Shown: one piece after another, positions 1 to 15,100 of the stretch
Position numbering within the stretch: the stretch's first letter is position 1
Layout: each line of letters begins with the position of its first letter
Translations under genes and position numbers: made by a program
Assembly (NCBI GenBank): GCA_030248215.1
Contig: JASANG010001013.1
Span: 434,001-498,000, forward strand
Source of the DNA: Enoplolaimus lenunculus
Taxonomy: Eukaryota
Direction: 5' to 3'
DNA length: 64,000 bases
The notes under the pieces: model-generated
Told to the model about the DNA's origin: nothing
The model's input: only the letters and a program-made list of their open reading frames with translations
The model's database searches: none

Positions 1-101
1 TTTTGGCTAAGCGAGCGAAGGTTCCCAAACTCTTTCTATAGATTTCGCGTCAATTCCATTACCTTCAACCTTAGCACTACACAAGAGATCAGTTAACATA
101 C

Positions 102-3100
102 CTTTGCAATTTTAATCCTTGGTCTTTTCGCCTCGCTGTTATGTTTTGGATTCCGTGTTGTCATCGATTTAAACCTCCAATCAGTAGCAGTCACCGCTGA
201 ATCAGATGTGTTTGAACAAGACGCCATTGGCCGCTTGTTATGAAACATATTTGGTGAATTTGACGAGTAAAAATTTGCTGCAAAATTTACGCTGTTTAAG
301 CGGTTGGTGTAGTTGTTTGCAGCTGCATGATTGCTTGTTTCCTGGAAAAACACAAAAATTGTAACAAAGAACACAGTAAACAAAAAAGAAAATCAAGAAT
401 ATTACCTATTTTTCCGACAAATACGTAGGAAACATTTATCACACACAATTAAGGGATGCAACAAACACCATCACAGACTCAGTAGCACTAACAGCAGTAC
501 AAAACATTTTAAACAATAAATTCACACACAAAAGTAACAACTTTTTATTCTCATTTTCTCCTCAATTTCAATTACTACAGGAAAAGTAAACTAAGGACAT
601 AACTCAGAAAATTTAATAAAACTAGAAAATATCTAAATTACAGCCACCGGCCGAATTGAGTGCGTAGTAACCGCGGTTGCGTCTGCGACTGCGGAAAAAT
701 AATCGCAGTTCAATTTTTTTATGCTCGCGCACACTGGTGTCCACAGATGAGATTATAAACAAGTTAATGCTAACAATCGCAGTTGCGGTCGCGGTTGTGA
801 TCGCAGTAACTATAAGCAGTTCAAACCGCGTTTTGCAAGCGAATGCATCCACGAAACAGCTAATCGCAATTAAATTCGCGGTTATGAACGCGATCTCGAC
901 TGCACTTCATTCAGCCTGTAACTGTACATTTATCAGCACCTGCAATCAGCACAAATCCTATCACTTTTATCCTGAAAAATGTTGTTGCCACCTCACTGCA
1001 CTTATGATTTTCAAAATATTGTTACAGTAGACAGAATATTGCTTTACGTAAAGACAACGAATCTTCGGGGCTCTAAAAGTTTCTAGAAGGTGCTTTGGGT
1101 CAAAAACGAACGTTACTAACTAGCAATAATCCCTGGACTAAATTTTAAATTGCCGTCACTTACGTCATCGTCAACCATTTCTAGCAACGAAACTGCTTTC
1201 CGTTTCGTTTCTTGCAGCATTCCAGCAGAATTACTACAACACGGTGTGTCGTCATAAACGTTGCTATCAAATTGTTTTACATTAGCGACGGGTGATTGAG
1301 TGTAAGACGAGTCCGAAACCAGCGTATCATTTGTATTGTTCAAGCTTCCACTTGTATTAATCAGGCTCAACACTGTAAAAAACACAGAAAAAAATTATAT
1401 TTATAATTATTGCAAAACTTAGTTATAATTAGACATCAATAAATTTCTCAAAACAAATCTATTCTGTATATAATATTTACTTAATATTTGCTTGCTTACA
1501 ATTTCTGTCCCTGGGAAAGTTTTTGCGAATTTCCCTACATACCGTCATCAAATGGAATTATAGCAGGCCCGATTGACTTTCTGGCTTGAATTTCGCCGCT
1601 TCTCAGTGCTTCCACACGATTTTTGTGCTTAATAATTGCCTGATAAAGCAAGTAAAACAAAGTATATCCAAACCAACACAAAAATAAAAGTAAAAAATTA
1701 GAATATAATGCAATAATATTCTGCAAAAGCAATAAAATGCCATTTTTATAAAACAATATCTCAAGTTTAACATGGTATTTCGAAACAAAAGATGACAAGA
1801 AGTGAATAAGGTGAAAAATGAATAAAATGAAAACCTTTTCCAGCTGACTCGCGGTCTTCCTTTGCGTTGCTTGTCGTTTGACTTGCAAATCCATCAAAGT
1901 TCGTTGACCTTTGTAGAAGGCAGCCAATGAGGCAACGGCACGACCAAACTGATCCTGTTCATAGCTCCAAATATATGACGTCATCCAGCCAGGAAACGAA
2001 GTTTTTGACCAGTATCGAAACCTGGACAAAAATATTATTACCGTTAAGGATGCAGACTGATATCAAACAACAAAAATACAAGAGCCGAATGTGAATTTTC
2101 GAATCAGACGGAATAGCTTATTGGGTCGCATAAAAATTGGAACAAACTATTACAAAACAACTAAGATTTCCCTAAGTCGCCAGCGAGTGGGGGAGCAAGT
2201 TCCCCACCCACTAACTGGGGGGTGGAGCTGGGGTGGCGAAAAGTTGGTGGAGTCAAAAAATTTTTATGACAAAAAATGTAATTTTTGTCATTAAAATTTA
2301 GCCAAAATGAATTTAACGCTAATTTTAGCTTCAAACACAACGGTTGGGGATATCCAAGTTGGCAGCAAAGCAACAGAGTAGAAAAGAAACAGAACAAAAT
2401 CCGTTACACGGATTTACTCTGTTGCTGCTAACCTGACTGAACTGTAGATTTTTCAGTTGTAATGTCTAATAAAGCAATAAAGCTATTTAGCTAACAGGAT
2501 CAATTGTAAAAAAAGTAAGCACAGCAGTAGTGGCAGTAATATTTTTAATCCCAATGCAACAGTTTCATCCGATGTAAACTATTTCCTCAAATATTTGCAC
2601 GTCTGCAACAGCAATGCTTTATGCAACCAATTTTTACCAGGGGAGTCCAGAATAGTTGGGAAAAATCCGCTGTGTAGAGCAATCTGAGGTGGGGAAGGTC
2701 GGATGTGGGGGCTTCCCCCACCAGAAAAAACCCCAGAACAAAAAATAAAAACTACATACATACCTTTCATCCAACAAAATCACAGCTCCGAAATCATCTT
2801 TATGCCGTATCGTTCGTCCAATCGCTTGATTGACAGCTCGTGCAGCTTCTAATTTGTACCAGTCTTCTCCGTTAAATTTTCGCTACAAAACTAAGTAATT
2901 CTTCTTAAACATTTCTCAAAAATTCTTCTTTGGAGATTTCCACTAGAGTTTTCTCGAAGCTTTTTAAATTCACGCAGCAACTTTTTGTCAATACTTTTTG
3001 CAAAAATGTGAAAATTCTATTAAAAAATCTGACAGATAGATAAATAGTGGTTGTGTTAAGATATAACACCAATGTAGGCTCTCGCGTAGACAACAGGGAG

Positions 3101-6100
3101 GCAACAAAGGTTCGGATTCGGTTTCGGCAAAAATTTTAGTTCGGATTCGGTAAAAATTTGTGCCAAATCCAAACGCCGAATTCAACAATGTTTGGCGATA
3201 TCTTTTCAGTTTCAAACAACAAAAATTAAAAATATCATGTTATGTTAATAGAAAATTTTCTTTCAGGACACAAATCTCGAAACTGAGGTCGGGCACGAAA
3301 TATATTCCCGTTTAAAATTTATGCAGCTGGCATCGCGATGATATTCTGAAACAAGTTATAGACATAACAGCAATTTCCAACACGCAAGATTCCGCTTCGG
3401 ATTGGGCAAATTAGCAATGTATTCGGATTAGGTCAAACCGTGGATTCGGTGCCACCCTGGTAGACAAATAAAAAATGTCCATTGCGACATCCTGAAACCT
3501 TACATAGTCATATTAAAAATCCTTATCCGCAACTTAGTCTGTCAACCTACATTTAACCTAATCCTTCCTGTATCGATAATCAACTAATAAATTTGCTGTA
3601 CATCAAGGGAACTACAATTTCTACTGAAGCGGCTGAGATAAATCTGCTCTACCACCTCTCAATCTAAGTCGAATTTAGAATATATTATTTCGACAGTTTT
3701 GCGTCCGCAAATATTTCCCGCAGCCGAAATTGCAGCAATCAATAAAATATAAACAGAACCCGGTATTATCGCGAAATACTAGCAAAATGGAAATAACAAC
3801 GGTTTAGAGCGTACATAAGCACAATTACTCACGTTAGTATCAAAACTATTTGACTTGGGCGTACAATTTCGCTCGTTCAAATACTGCTTTTTTAATAAAA
3901 CCTTCGGATCAAGCAGGGGCGGATACGGTATTCCAGCAATAATCACAGCGCGACACTGACTGTCCGAAAAATCAACCCCTTCACTAATCTGTAACAAATG
4001 CAACAAATTCGTAAACATGGATACACCAAAGAACTTTATAATGAACTAAGTAAATTAATGATACATTCTGCAACAACGTTTTCGGCAACCAGTTTCACGG
4101 TTCCGTTCGTTTAGAATTAAACAATTTGTTTAGCGACGTCATTGCGGGACTGCAAAAGAGCAAGTTTAAGCTTTAGACTGTTTTTGTATTTACGTTTAGG
4201 CTTAGGCTTAGGTAAGGCTTATACTACAGTGTTACGCGGCTCTGATCTATAGATGGTCCAAATTTCCTTACCTTTCCCCTACAGACACCGAAAAATACCG
4301 CCCCACGGCCTGATTGGTTAGAAACGGCGGATCGAAATTGTTCCATTGAAACGGCAAACTGTGCTTTTGACTTATCTTCGATAAACACAGACTTCACGTT
4401 CTCCAGTTTTTCAAGCGACCCATTCTCCTAAAACAGATAAATAAATAAAACGCATAACGTATTCTTCTGGACATCAACAAAATCACAGCATTATCGCATA
4501 CTAACTGCTCATTTGAATGATAATTATCGTGACAAAGTAAGCCACTGAAAAACTTAAATTCGAACTAAAAATGTTCAATTTTCAACACGTTGTCAAATCT
4601 GTATTATTAAAGCTGGTGCGCCCTACATACATAATTTGGGCAGCGTTCCAGTTTTTAATAGCATCGTTTTGAATTTTGATACAAGGAAAAGTACACGCAA
4701 ATTAACTACAAGAGCCGATTTTAACCATGTTTAAAAAAGAATTGAAGAGAAAAATAAAACAAAAATACGGTTCAAATGTTGCGTCGGCGTTGGCTAATAT
4801 ATTTTGTCAGGGCGAACGCTGAAATTACAGCCCATACACCCGTACTACATATATACTTTGATGAGAGATATTTTTTGTAAAATAAAAATACCGGCGCTAA
4901 TTCTAAAAGCTTCGATTGTGATTTGCAAAAGCATTTAATAGCAAATAAACGCTATTTCTCACTTGACTATATACGTAAGTTAACGCATAGAAAAGACTAA
5001 ACTTAAAATACAATAATATAAAATAATTTTGGACGCAAACCTTCCAAGCCTCAACGCAACACGTCATTTGCGAATACGATCCAAAAAATACCAAACATCC
5101 TTGCGGTATGATACGACACAAATTAATCACAGCGTTGAACACAGCACTTGTATACTCCGAGGTGCTCCTGAAAATAAGTTAAATATAAGCACGGTCACAC
5201 AGCTATCGTAGGCAGAAAACATTTCGCAGGTAAGGCGAAAAGAACCTGCTATTGTTATTGTTTTTGAATTTTCCAATACAATCATAGAAGCATTTTTTAT
5301 TTTAGAAATTTTCATAAAAAGACCCTTTATAAAATTATAGAAATGTTATGAGCAGGGGAATGCGCATCATTCCCCATTTGGGTAGGCCCCTCACTGACAC
5401 ATTAGGCCCCTCACTGACACATTTATGTATTTAATCAATTGTAAACGCATTACGAAACTCAGAATAAAAACAAAGTATTGGCAGCAGACTATGGTATGTG
5501 TCTATGAGTCTACTTAAAACTACAGGAATAGGTACACAACGAAAACATAACAGAACCGGAAATTAAAAATTTAATAAAACTATCTAAACCGGGACCGGAC
5601 AAAATTGACTTTAAAAGTGGGCGGAAACACTACAGCCACGTGCAGAATTAAGGCGTAGTTGTTGCAATTCCGTCTGCGGTGGAGGTTTTGCAATTCTAGT
5701 TGAATTTCTTCGCTCGCGAACAGTCGTGCCTACAGATGCGACTACAGTCGCATTTCAAATTAAGGTAATAACCTAGTTTGTAAGCCATTGAAAACGTAAT
5801 ACTGGGCAATCAGAATCACAGTTGCGATTCAGGTCGCAGTAACCGAAAGCAGTTGACATCGCGTCTGCGAGTGATTGTCTAACGAACGACCACTCGCAAT
5901 CAGAACTGCGATTTCGAACGACGCAATCGCAATTGCACTTAATTCTGGCGACTGTACCTGTTCTTAAACGTTCCACTGATCAAAGTTTTATTCGGAGCAC
6001 CGGGAACAATCGCCCCAAGTACTTGCTCGCTTCCAACGACATGCTTGTTTTCGAGCTTCACTTGAAATGGTCTAAAATTAAATCGTTGAAAATGTCTAAA

Positions 6101-9100
6101 AACCAAACAATACTTCACGTACAACCTTTCTATTTCGAGACACCGATAATATGAAGTGTGAACGTGACCCCCAAGAAAACATTCAACGCGAAATAATGTT
6201 CATCGGGACACTTTTTCACGATAAATAATAATCTGGTGGATACTTTTCAGGTAAACATTATTTCATGCCACTCTGATTCCGACATACAATAGCAAATACA
6301 ACCGTTTTGAGTTCGAGTCTAACCACAGATCCAACTGCAGCAAGCTTTCCAAGATTACTACATTGAGCACTTAGTGGAGTTTGAAACTAGCAGCCGTGTT
6401 CTTGACGATGTGCAGCACCTATCGACAGTTAGTAATAAATGAATTTTCAAACAAGAGAAATGCGGCAGCTACGAATACCAAATTTTGCCGGGATAACACA
6501 TATCAAGTGCAAGATATGTACAAAATTTTGGAACCTCACTATTCTCCGGTTCGAAAATTGTATGATTTATCACCACTTATCATAGGTGCTACAAACTTTT
6601 GAGAATATAGACATAGAACTTACATTTGCATTTCTTCTATAAACCCATCAATAGGCGACAGGGTTCCGCTGGTAACAATCACAGACCGTACGCCTTGGCT
6701 CAGCAACGCTTCCATACCAGGGCCAGCAGCAAAACACCAGTAATTGAGCACAATTTGCTTCGAAAATTTCAATTTTTTACCCGAAGTTTCCTTTCGGGCA
6801 GCTGTCCATAGCTTTTCAACACCTTGTTGGACAGGAGCGAATGCCGCTATAGATTGATTATCTTCGGTATCATTATCAGATTGAGCATTTTTCGACTGAT
6901 CGTGACAAATATAAGTCTGTAAACAACATTCAAGATTATAAAATAAGTTTGTGGACTGAGAAGAATAAACATTAACACAGTAAATGTTTACAAAATGCAA
7001 AACACTGAACGAAATTTACTTTCCTTCCGCTGTGTATACCACTAACGTCCGGTATCGATAATAAAAATTCACTATCTATCATATTTTCGGTTTACACTGT
7101 AGCAAGTTTGACAACTGAGAAAACTTACTTAAATATTACCGCAACACAAATATGCAGATTTAAAAAATACAACTCACTTTAAAATGCTGAGCAGTTAAAT
7201 TTTGTTTCATTGTTTTCTTGCAAACATCCGCAAATTGACTGTTTGAATATGCCGCGTTTAACAGAGACGAAAATCTGTTCAAACCAGTTCCTTTAGTGCT
7301 CCATGGGTTGCCGCTATCTGCAAATAAATATATATAAATAAATAAATAAATAAATAATAAATATACAAGTAAATAAATATGTATGGACGAATAATAAATA
7401 TTTCTAAAACAAATTTATCATAATTAAAACTTATTAAACAGATTTACTGACGACTATAATGAGAAAATAGGCCGACTTTTAAGTTAATTTTAACTCTTCT
7501 TCAGCAACTTCTTATCTCACTCAACCCCTCTTATCACTTAGTGACCTTTCACCGCAGGGCAAGCTTCAGTGTCGGCAATATATGGCCAGCCTTTACTGAA
7601 ATTCAACTTACGTTTCTGTGACAAATAGTTCACAACATCATCAATCATTGCACTCAGCGGCATTTGCATTTCAGACTCAAATCCTGCTGCGGCCAATAAT
7701 TCACGCATAAATGTTCCAGATTTGATCAACCCTGGCAATTTTGTGCTTTTTTGACCGTTCAGTGCCGAAACAGAATGCATGCTGTTGGTCAGCTCAGATG
7801 CAACGTCGTCAATTTGTTCTTCGAGATTATGAAGCAAAACTAGAATAAGTAAAAATTAAATATACTTCACATAAGGGGTTGTGGTTGTCACACGCACATA
7901 AAATCTCATAAAAAGTCTCTGACATAACTATGTAAAAGCCGGGCCGTCTCCATCATTGCAGGATAATTCATTTATGCTCATTTAATAACGTTCTAAATAC
8001 TGTGAGTATACGCTCTTAACACAACTTGGTTGGCCGTGTTGAAAGTATATACCCCTTACCTACATTAGCCTATAAAGCACATTGTAGCACTATAGTATAA
8101 AAAAATCAAAATTTGTATATTTCATCACATATAACAGACACTTATTAACAATCAATATGTTAAACCCAACATTAACGAAAAATTACAGAAATACATAAAG
8201 AATCACGACGTTAAACTTCTCATAACTTAAAATCTACCCAGTCATGACAGTAAGCTACTATAAAAGTGACGCAATGCTTGTGAAGCGTTGCCATGCGGTG
8301 CTTTAACGGACAACAAAACAACTACAAAATATAACAGCGCCCAAACTAAACCTATCAAATGTGCCAATTCGTTCGGTTTAATGCGTTGATTCGGAGTTTT
8401 ATCAAAATCAACTTCCCCAAATGGTGTGTCTGTTTCGTCAAGCGCCTGTCTAGTTTCTTCCGTCTCCTACAATAAATTCACCAAAATGCCGCAAAATCCG
8501 CTGAAAAAATAATGGATTTTATACCGCTACTAGATATTTATATCGGATTATATCCAAAATCCAGATCACAAGAGGCAAATCAACACGTATAACCTCTGAA
8601 CATCTCAACCCCAACTAAAACCGTTACCTCAAACCGGAATAACCGTTGTAACGTATTTTTTCACAATTTGTTAAAAGCTAAACACATACATACCTTATTA
8701 ACAAGATCTAGGGTATCTTTAGCTTCTTTCAAACAAACAGCAACATCGCGACTGCTCAACGACACTGAGATCGAGTCTTCGCAAATCTTTTGCTATAATT
8801 TAAACTTTGTAAAATTCAATGTTAGAATTACCCAATAACGTAAAATGTATTGTCAAATTACCGTGGTTTTGACCATTTAGAAATTAGCGTATATAAATTT
8901 CATGCATCGGGGTTCCAATTCTCAGATGTCTATAGCATACATATGACTATTTAGTATTGAAGCTTTTATTCGCAAGTGTGTGTAGCACCTATTATCAGTT
9001 ACAGTTGGTGATAGGTCTTGTTACTTTCGGACCAGCAAATTTATTGAAATCGATTTGCTCAACTTCTATGCAAATTTTGAGATCTGCAAAAGGTGCTATA

Positions 9101-12100
9101 TGCATCTGAGAATATGGATCTAGGTTTGCAAACAAGCGAATTTAAGCAGCTATAAAACATGCTTGTACACAAGTATAACAAATTAAGTGTAAAAATGCGA
9201 CAAATTATAAAACTCTCAATTGACCGGTCCGAAACTTTTAAGGATCTATCGCCAACTGGTACGTAATAGGTGCTATAGGTAGCACCGGTCGCGGTCATGG
9301 AACGAAACATTTCAAACCTGTACATAACAAATATGCGTAATACTGTACCACAGCGTAATATGTAATCATAACTGCTGAGATCAATAGATTACGATTTAGA
9401 CGCTGCTGTGAGTAGCTGGCGTAAGCTATACTTAAGCCTCAGATACCTACGTCATAAAAATGACACCGATGCACACTTGGGTTAATTTTTCATTGAAGTA
9501 AAAACTAAACGGAATTCAATAACAAACCAACAAAATTTTCAGCAACACAGTATCTTGAGTGCAAGATATAGTTTTTCATTGATTTATATTCAAAATCAAA
9601 AATTTGGGATTGTTCTTCATAATGCAGCAACTAGCCCAGCATTTTTTGCTGCAATTTTTGCTACCAGAACGACTTTGGGTATCTACATGAACGTCGGGCA
9701 ACCGAATCACATCAGTTCAACGCTGGCTTGGACGTCTACCTGCAAAGCGCGAGGGTTTTATAGCGAGCTACGTGCAACGGTTCCACAAAAGAGTGTCCTA
9801 GTGCGCTTAAATATAAGCCTGGGCGGTGCGAAACCTTCATTTCCAGTCAGCGTCCAAAAACAAGCGGCTATACCCGCAACGTCAAGAATATGCACGAAAA
9901 GCATTAATGGCCACCTACGAGTTGCTCATTTACAAGCGAACAGTCGAACGAGGTGCTCGAGGTTATCGACGCCAGACTTGGTATTATTGTGTGCAGTACC
10001 ATATCCGATTTGTTCCTGTGTTCCGAGCCAACCAGCGGATAGGACGTCGCTGCGTAGTGTATTGTCTGAAGCTGCACTTTCCACGAAAGTTAACTACCTG
10101 GTTATCATCTGTCGTGTCAAATTCAAGTCCATACATCTGGCATAGGCGTGCATGCAACATATCCCAAACGTCTCGCAAGGCTGCCATTTTATGTTCTTTA
10201 CGCCTGTTTTTCTGGTAGCATTATTGCTAAATTGGATATACCGCAAAATATCCCGAAATCGGCTTCGACGCATAACTGATCTTATCACTGCACGAAAAGT
10301 TGTTAATCAGATCTTGGTGACCGATCCATGTTTTTCCTTATACGTCCCACTAGCCATAGCAAGCCAATGAATGATTTCAGTTAACTGAGGTTTTTTGGTT
10401 TCAGGTCAGCTATCATTGGTGATGTATGCCGATTCCTTTCTCATACCACACACGGAGGAAAACATCAACAGTGACGAATAAGCAAGAGCTCTTTTTAATA
10501 TCTAGTACTTGACCTAGGCGAATAACACCAGGCGTTTGCCGAACAACATTTGCAAGAATTGTTCGAATGTTTGCAGCAATCGGAGGTTCCATAAACCATT
10601 TTCTGCCGATCTTAGCGAAAACATGATCCGCTTTTGAACGTTTAGCAAGCGTGGGTGGTGCACCAAATGTCGCTAGAACTGAACGATTCAAAGCTAATCT
10701 ACATGTTGAATTCTGAAGCCACGATGCTGTCTTCCCTAGAAACGTCTTCATCTAAATTATTGTCGCAACGTTCTCGAAAAAGGTCCAAGACAAATGAGCT
10801 CTCTTGCATAAGCTTGTCAAAGTGACCATTATAGTATGCTAGAAAGCTAGTCAGATTTTAATTGCGTTCGCAGTCGCGGTTTGAACCACGGTCGCAGTCG
10901 CGGTTTGAACCACGGTCGCACTCGCGGTTTGAACCGCTGTCGCAGTCGCGGTTTGAACCGCGGTCGCAGTCGCGGTTTTTGCGTCCACGTAAATTGCGGT
11001 TGCGAGCGATATTTTTAAAAAATTAAACAATAATTATCAAAGATTTCCCAATTAATATTTCAATTTCTATGTGAAGATGGTCTGTGGCGACCGTAATTAT
11101 TTATTTTAGCTTAACGTATTTATAATTTGAACATTTACGTTATAATGTAATTCACAAAATTGTTTGATTGACCAATTATTTTTGGTGCGAAGAATTGACA
11201 CGAGCCTAAAAATGAAAACAACAAACTCTGATGCCGATAATAATAATAATAATTCATAAAAATGTGACAACTTACAAGATTATGCGCTTCATCGAAAATC
11301 AACACACAACCACTTAATTCTATTTTATTGATCCTCCGAATCTAAAAGTTCAAAAAGATAAAACGGCAATATTTTCACAACAAAATGACACGAACAACAA
11401 TATCCTAGAATATACAGGCAGAACATGTACACCAAGCTATTGAAACTTCATAAAATATATCAAAAAGTAAAAATCACTGCACGATAAACATTTAACCTGA
11501 ATTAGGAAAAAGTAAACAAACCAAGTCAAGAACAAATTTTGCAATACAAACATTGTTGTAACAATTTATTTTTTTGTTAATTTTATTATTGGCAGTCTAA
11601 TGTAACTCCAAATAACTGTCAACCAAAAATTATAGCTCACCAACATTGACTTAAATCGGCTACAGATCTGTTCAGAAAAATAGCAGCTAATAATTGTTAA
11701 TTGTTCTAAACTTAACTTACCGCAGGATCCAATACATAATTATACGGCATCAAAATCAAATCAGCAACGTCTTGCGAATCGCGTGACATGTAATAAGGAC
11801 ACATTCTGAAAAAACATTACTTTCAAATTCAAACGAAAACTCATTTCAAAATGTATTATTGAACCAGTTGGCACTTACTACCAGTTAAGGACAACACTCC
11901 TATTCTACATTATAATTAGCGACATCAGAAATATTAAAATTGACCGGTTCTTACGTCAAACCATGGGCAAATCTTGGCTGTTCTAGTGAAAACCAGGCTA
12001 CTAATATTACATCACACATGTCTGAAAGGGCCCACCCCCATAGGTTTAGGCTCAATCTAAGACTAAACACATAAAATATCGTTATGTGACAATTGGCGAG

Positions 12101-15100
12101 GTTTTGTATTTGACAGCATATTAACCAAAAAGATTCTAATATTAGCATTGAAATACATTAACATTTAAATATAACCTTCAAACTAACTTAGTTTTCGTTC
12201 CAAACTCGATCAACTCTTCAATATCTGGTATACGCCCACTACCAATGCTATCAGTAAGGTTGCCTTTGTTTTCTGAAAATATCATCTGATCCAAATGATT
12301 AAAGAATTACTTGCCAGTTAGGTAAATTTTTAGAAGCAAATACGATTACTCACCGATCAAACAACTAGCACTGTAAAATTACACGTAACATAGTACTGCA
12401 AAATGTTTGGCAAATCTAAATATGAATATGCTCGTATACCAAAAACAAACCCCTAAACTTTAAACCATACATATATACAGATAATTCACAAAATGTTGCA
12501 GTACGCTTCACGTCCAAATTGTACTGCAAACATATAAAAGACATCTCGGCGATGGTTCTATTCTAAATATAGAGGCACTAAAATCTTAAAAGGCATTGAA
12601 AAACATACTTTCAAAATTGTTATAAAAATTGCACGTATGGCTGACCACTTTAACGCGACAAGCGTGATTCTGAAAGTAAAAACACACAATCAAAAACTAA
12701 ACACACCAACAATAATTCCTGTGTATCCCAAAAAATTATTCTCATACCACAGGTTATCGAAATTTTTTTAAACTTAACGGTCATATTTCTTTACAATTTT
12801 TCATATAAAAGTAGCTGTGTTACCATTCATCATGTACTTAACTTAGCTCCACTCAAAATTTAAACTTTCATTTCTGAACTTTAATCAGGAGTGTATGATA
12901 CAAAAGGGTGCAACTCTTTGGGTTCCGCATGGTACAAAATGTACCACCAAGCGTCGCGTTTTTGCCGACCATTTGTTTAGAGAAGGGGTTGCTGTCACAT
13001 GTTATAACCCTAAATTAAATTATAAGCGGAACAATTTGTTGCCATATAGATAAAGTGTCAAGGTTCGCATAGTTTGTACCCCCCTCGAAATAAAGGGGGC
13101 AGGCCAAAAACGCAACACGTGCCGGGTACATTGTTTTCTACACAGACTGTAACCAATTGCATACTCTTGTTAGTATGCTTCATCCGTTCTTGGCTCTACT
13201 AACAAATAAAAAACTCCACATATGAACCCTGGCTACCAGCAGAACAACGCAAAAGATATTTTTTATAAATTAAACGTTCTGTACAAAATTTCAACGGCTA
13301 CAAAACTGCACAATTATTTCCAGATTTATACACAGCTTACCTTCAATATACTATTCGATTCAGCCATAACTTCGTCATGAACGCACATTTGATCACGTGA
13401 ACCCAAAGAACATACTCGAATACTAAATAACACAAAAACACTAAAAAATAAACAAGTAAAACAAACAAGGCAGTCCAAATTGAATCTGGAAGCTCATAAA
13501 GTAGTTTACCCACCGGGCCTCGGATTCGCTACAACACTGGTTTCCATCACCAGATTTAGGTTAAGGCATAGGCAAAACCGTAACCTAGCGTAAGCCTTTT
13601 CCTAACCCTAAGCGAAATCCACTCTGACGCTGATCCTGTGGGACAGTAAGCGTACAAAAGCCGTTCTGATGGTTGCAGAAAATTTTTTAATACAAACGAT
13701 AACAAAACTAACTTCTTTCGATATACGGTTTTATTCAATTCGCCGACAACTTGTGACAACTGTGAATGCGTTCGGGACGTATAAACAATACGAGTATCAT
13801 TTTTGCGCACTGAAAAATAATAAAAAAATAGCTCAAAACTATAAAAAATACATATCAATATTTTCGGAGATTTCAGGTGTGCAAATCAAAACGATTACTT
13901 TACGTACATATACTAATTATTTTGATGATTTAGTAACCACAAAATTATCCTATAAAATTTTGCACCGTGTATTTACTAAGAAAAAAGCCGAAATGTTTTA
14001 AAATTCGGTGTCCGATATCGTTTGAACTCCTGATTGGAATTAGAAATTGTTCTCACTTGAAATCGAAACAAGAACCAAAATTCTGTTTGCACCATGAGTG
14101 GCAGGGATGGGTGGTCTCAGTTAAAACCGACACCAAGACCTGACTACCGAGACCGGTCAAGAAAAGTATCGGTCTCGGTCAATTTTGGTCATTGCCGAAA
14201 AAAATTAAAATTTTTAAAATAAATTATTTTCTAATGTTTTTTCGTAGTTTCTTTGTATTCTTCATAGCTTTTCTTGTTTTTTTTTTCAAAATATATGCTC
14301 GTAATTATTGCGTAACTGTGATATTTTTTCATCATTTCACAGGAAAATTTTATTCATCAGCCAGCACCTACTTCAACAGTACAGTCATACACCTGCTGAA
14401 TCATCGACTTTTGGTCTCGGCTAGCAAACCACAGTGTCTCAAAAAATGCGAGACCGAGCCAGCCAAATACCGAGACATCAGAACCGCAGTAACAACGGAA
14501 CGTTTATTGCATATACGGTATACGCTCGTGACCCGTAGGTACAGAGACTCATCCTTCCTAGAATAGCTGTATCCGGCCCCGCATGGGGAGCTTATGTAAT
14601 CCCCCTTCAACTTTCCTCAATATTTTTAATACAGATTCACCCACTTTCATACTGAACCGACTACAAACCGAACCGAGTTACACTTACTTCGTGCCCAAAA
14701 CTCATCACTAGACACCGTCGCTGTCTGTTCCAAAAACGCGTCTTTCCCTTTAGACTGAATGGCTTTTGGTCCATTTCGACGTTTCAATGGATGCGGCTGT
14801 TGTTGCTCTTGCTGCACTCCATCAATATTTTGTAACTTCAACTGCGAACGTCGATATTCCAGCCAGCCAAGACAAGCACACAGCAAACACAACGTTTTGC
14901 CAGTGCCCGTTGGCGATTCGAGTGCACCATTCCAACCCTAAACAGATAATGGAACTACAGGAACGCAAGCACAGGTACTCGTACCCTTCAGATCAATATT
15001 TAAATCTTCTTAACACTACTTATGCCAATGTTTTTGAAATTTTCAGATTTAGGCATAACGTGTCTTACTATTCATTCGGTTAAAACGAGTAAACGTTTTT

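Noticed and set aside
1116..1163. RTEL1 ending at the stop at 1116
   Set aside because: A strong GTAAGT donor at 1158-1163 and an in-phase acceptor at 342 favour continuation; a short isoform cannot be excluded.
5383..5422. 20-bp direct duplication TAGGCCCCTCACTGACACAT
   Set aside because: A simple local duplication in an intron with no further structure.
9555..10218. 196-aa and 130-aa plus-strand ORFs
   Set aside because: Antisense to the decayed piggyBac transposase, with no recognisable motifs.
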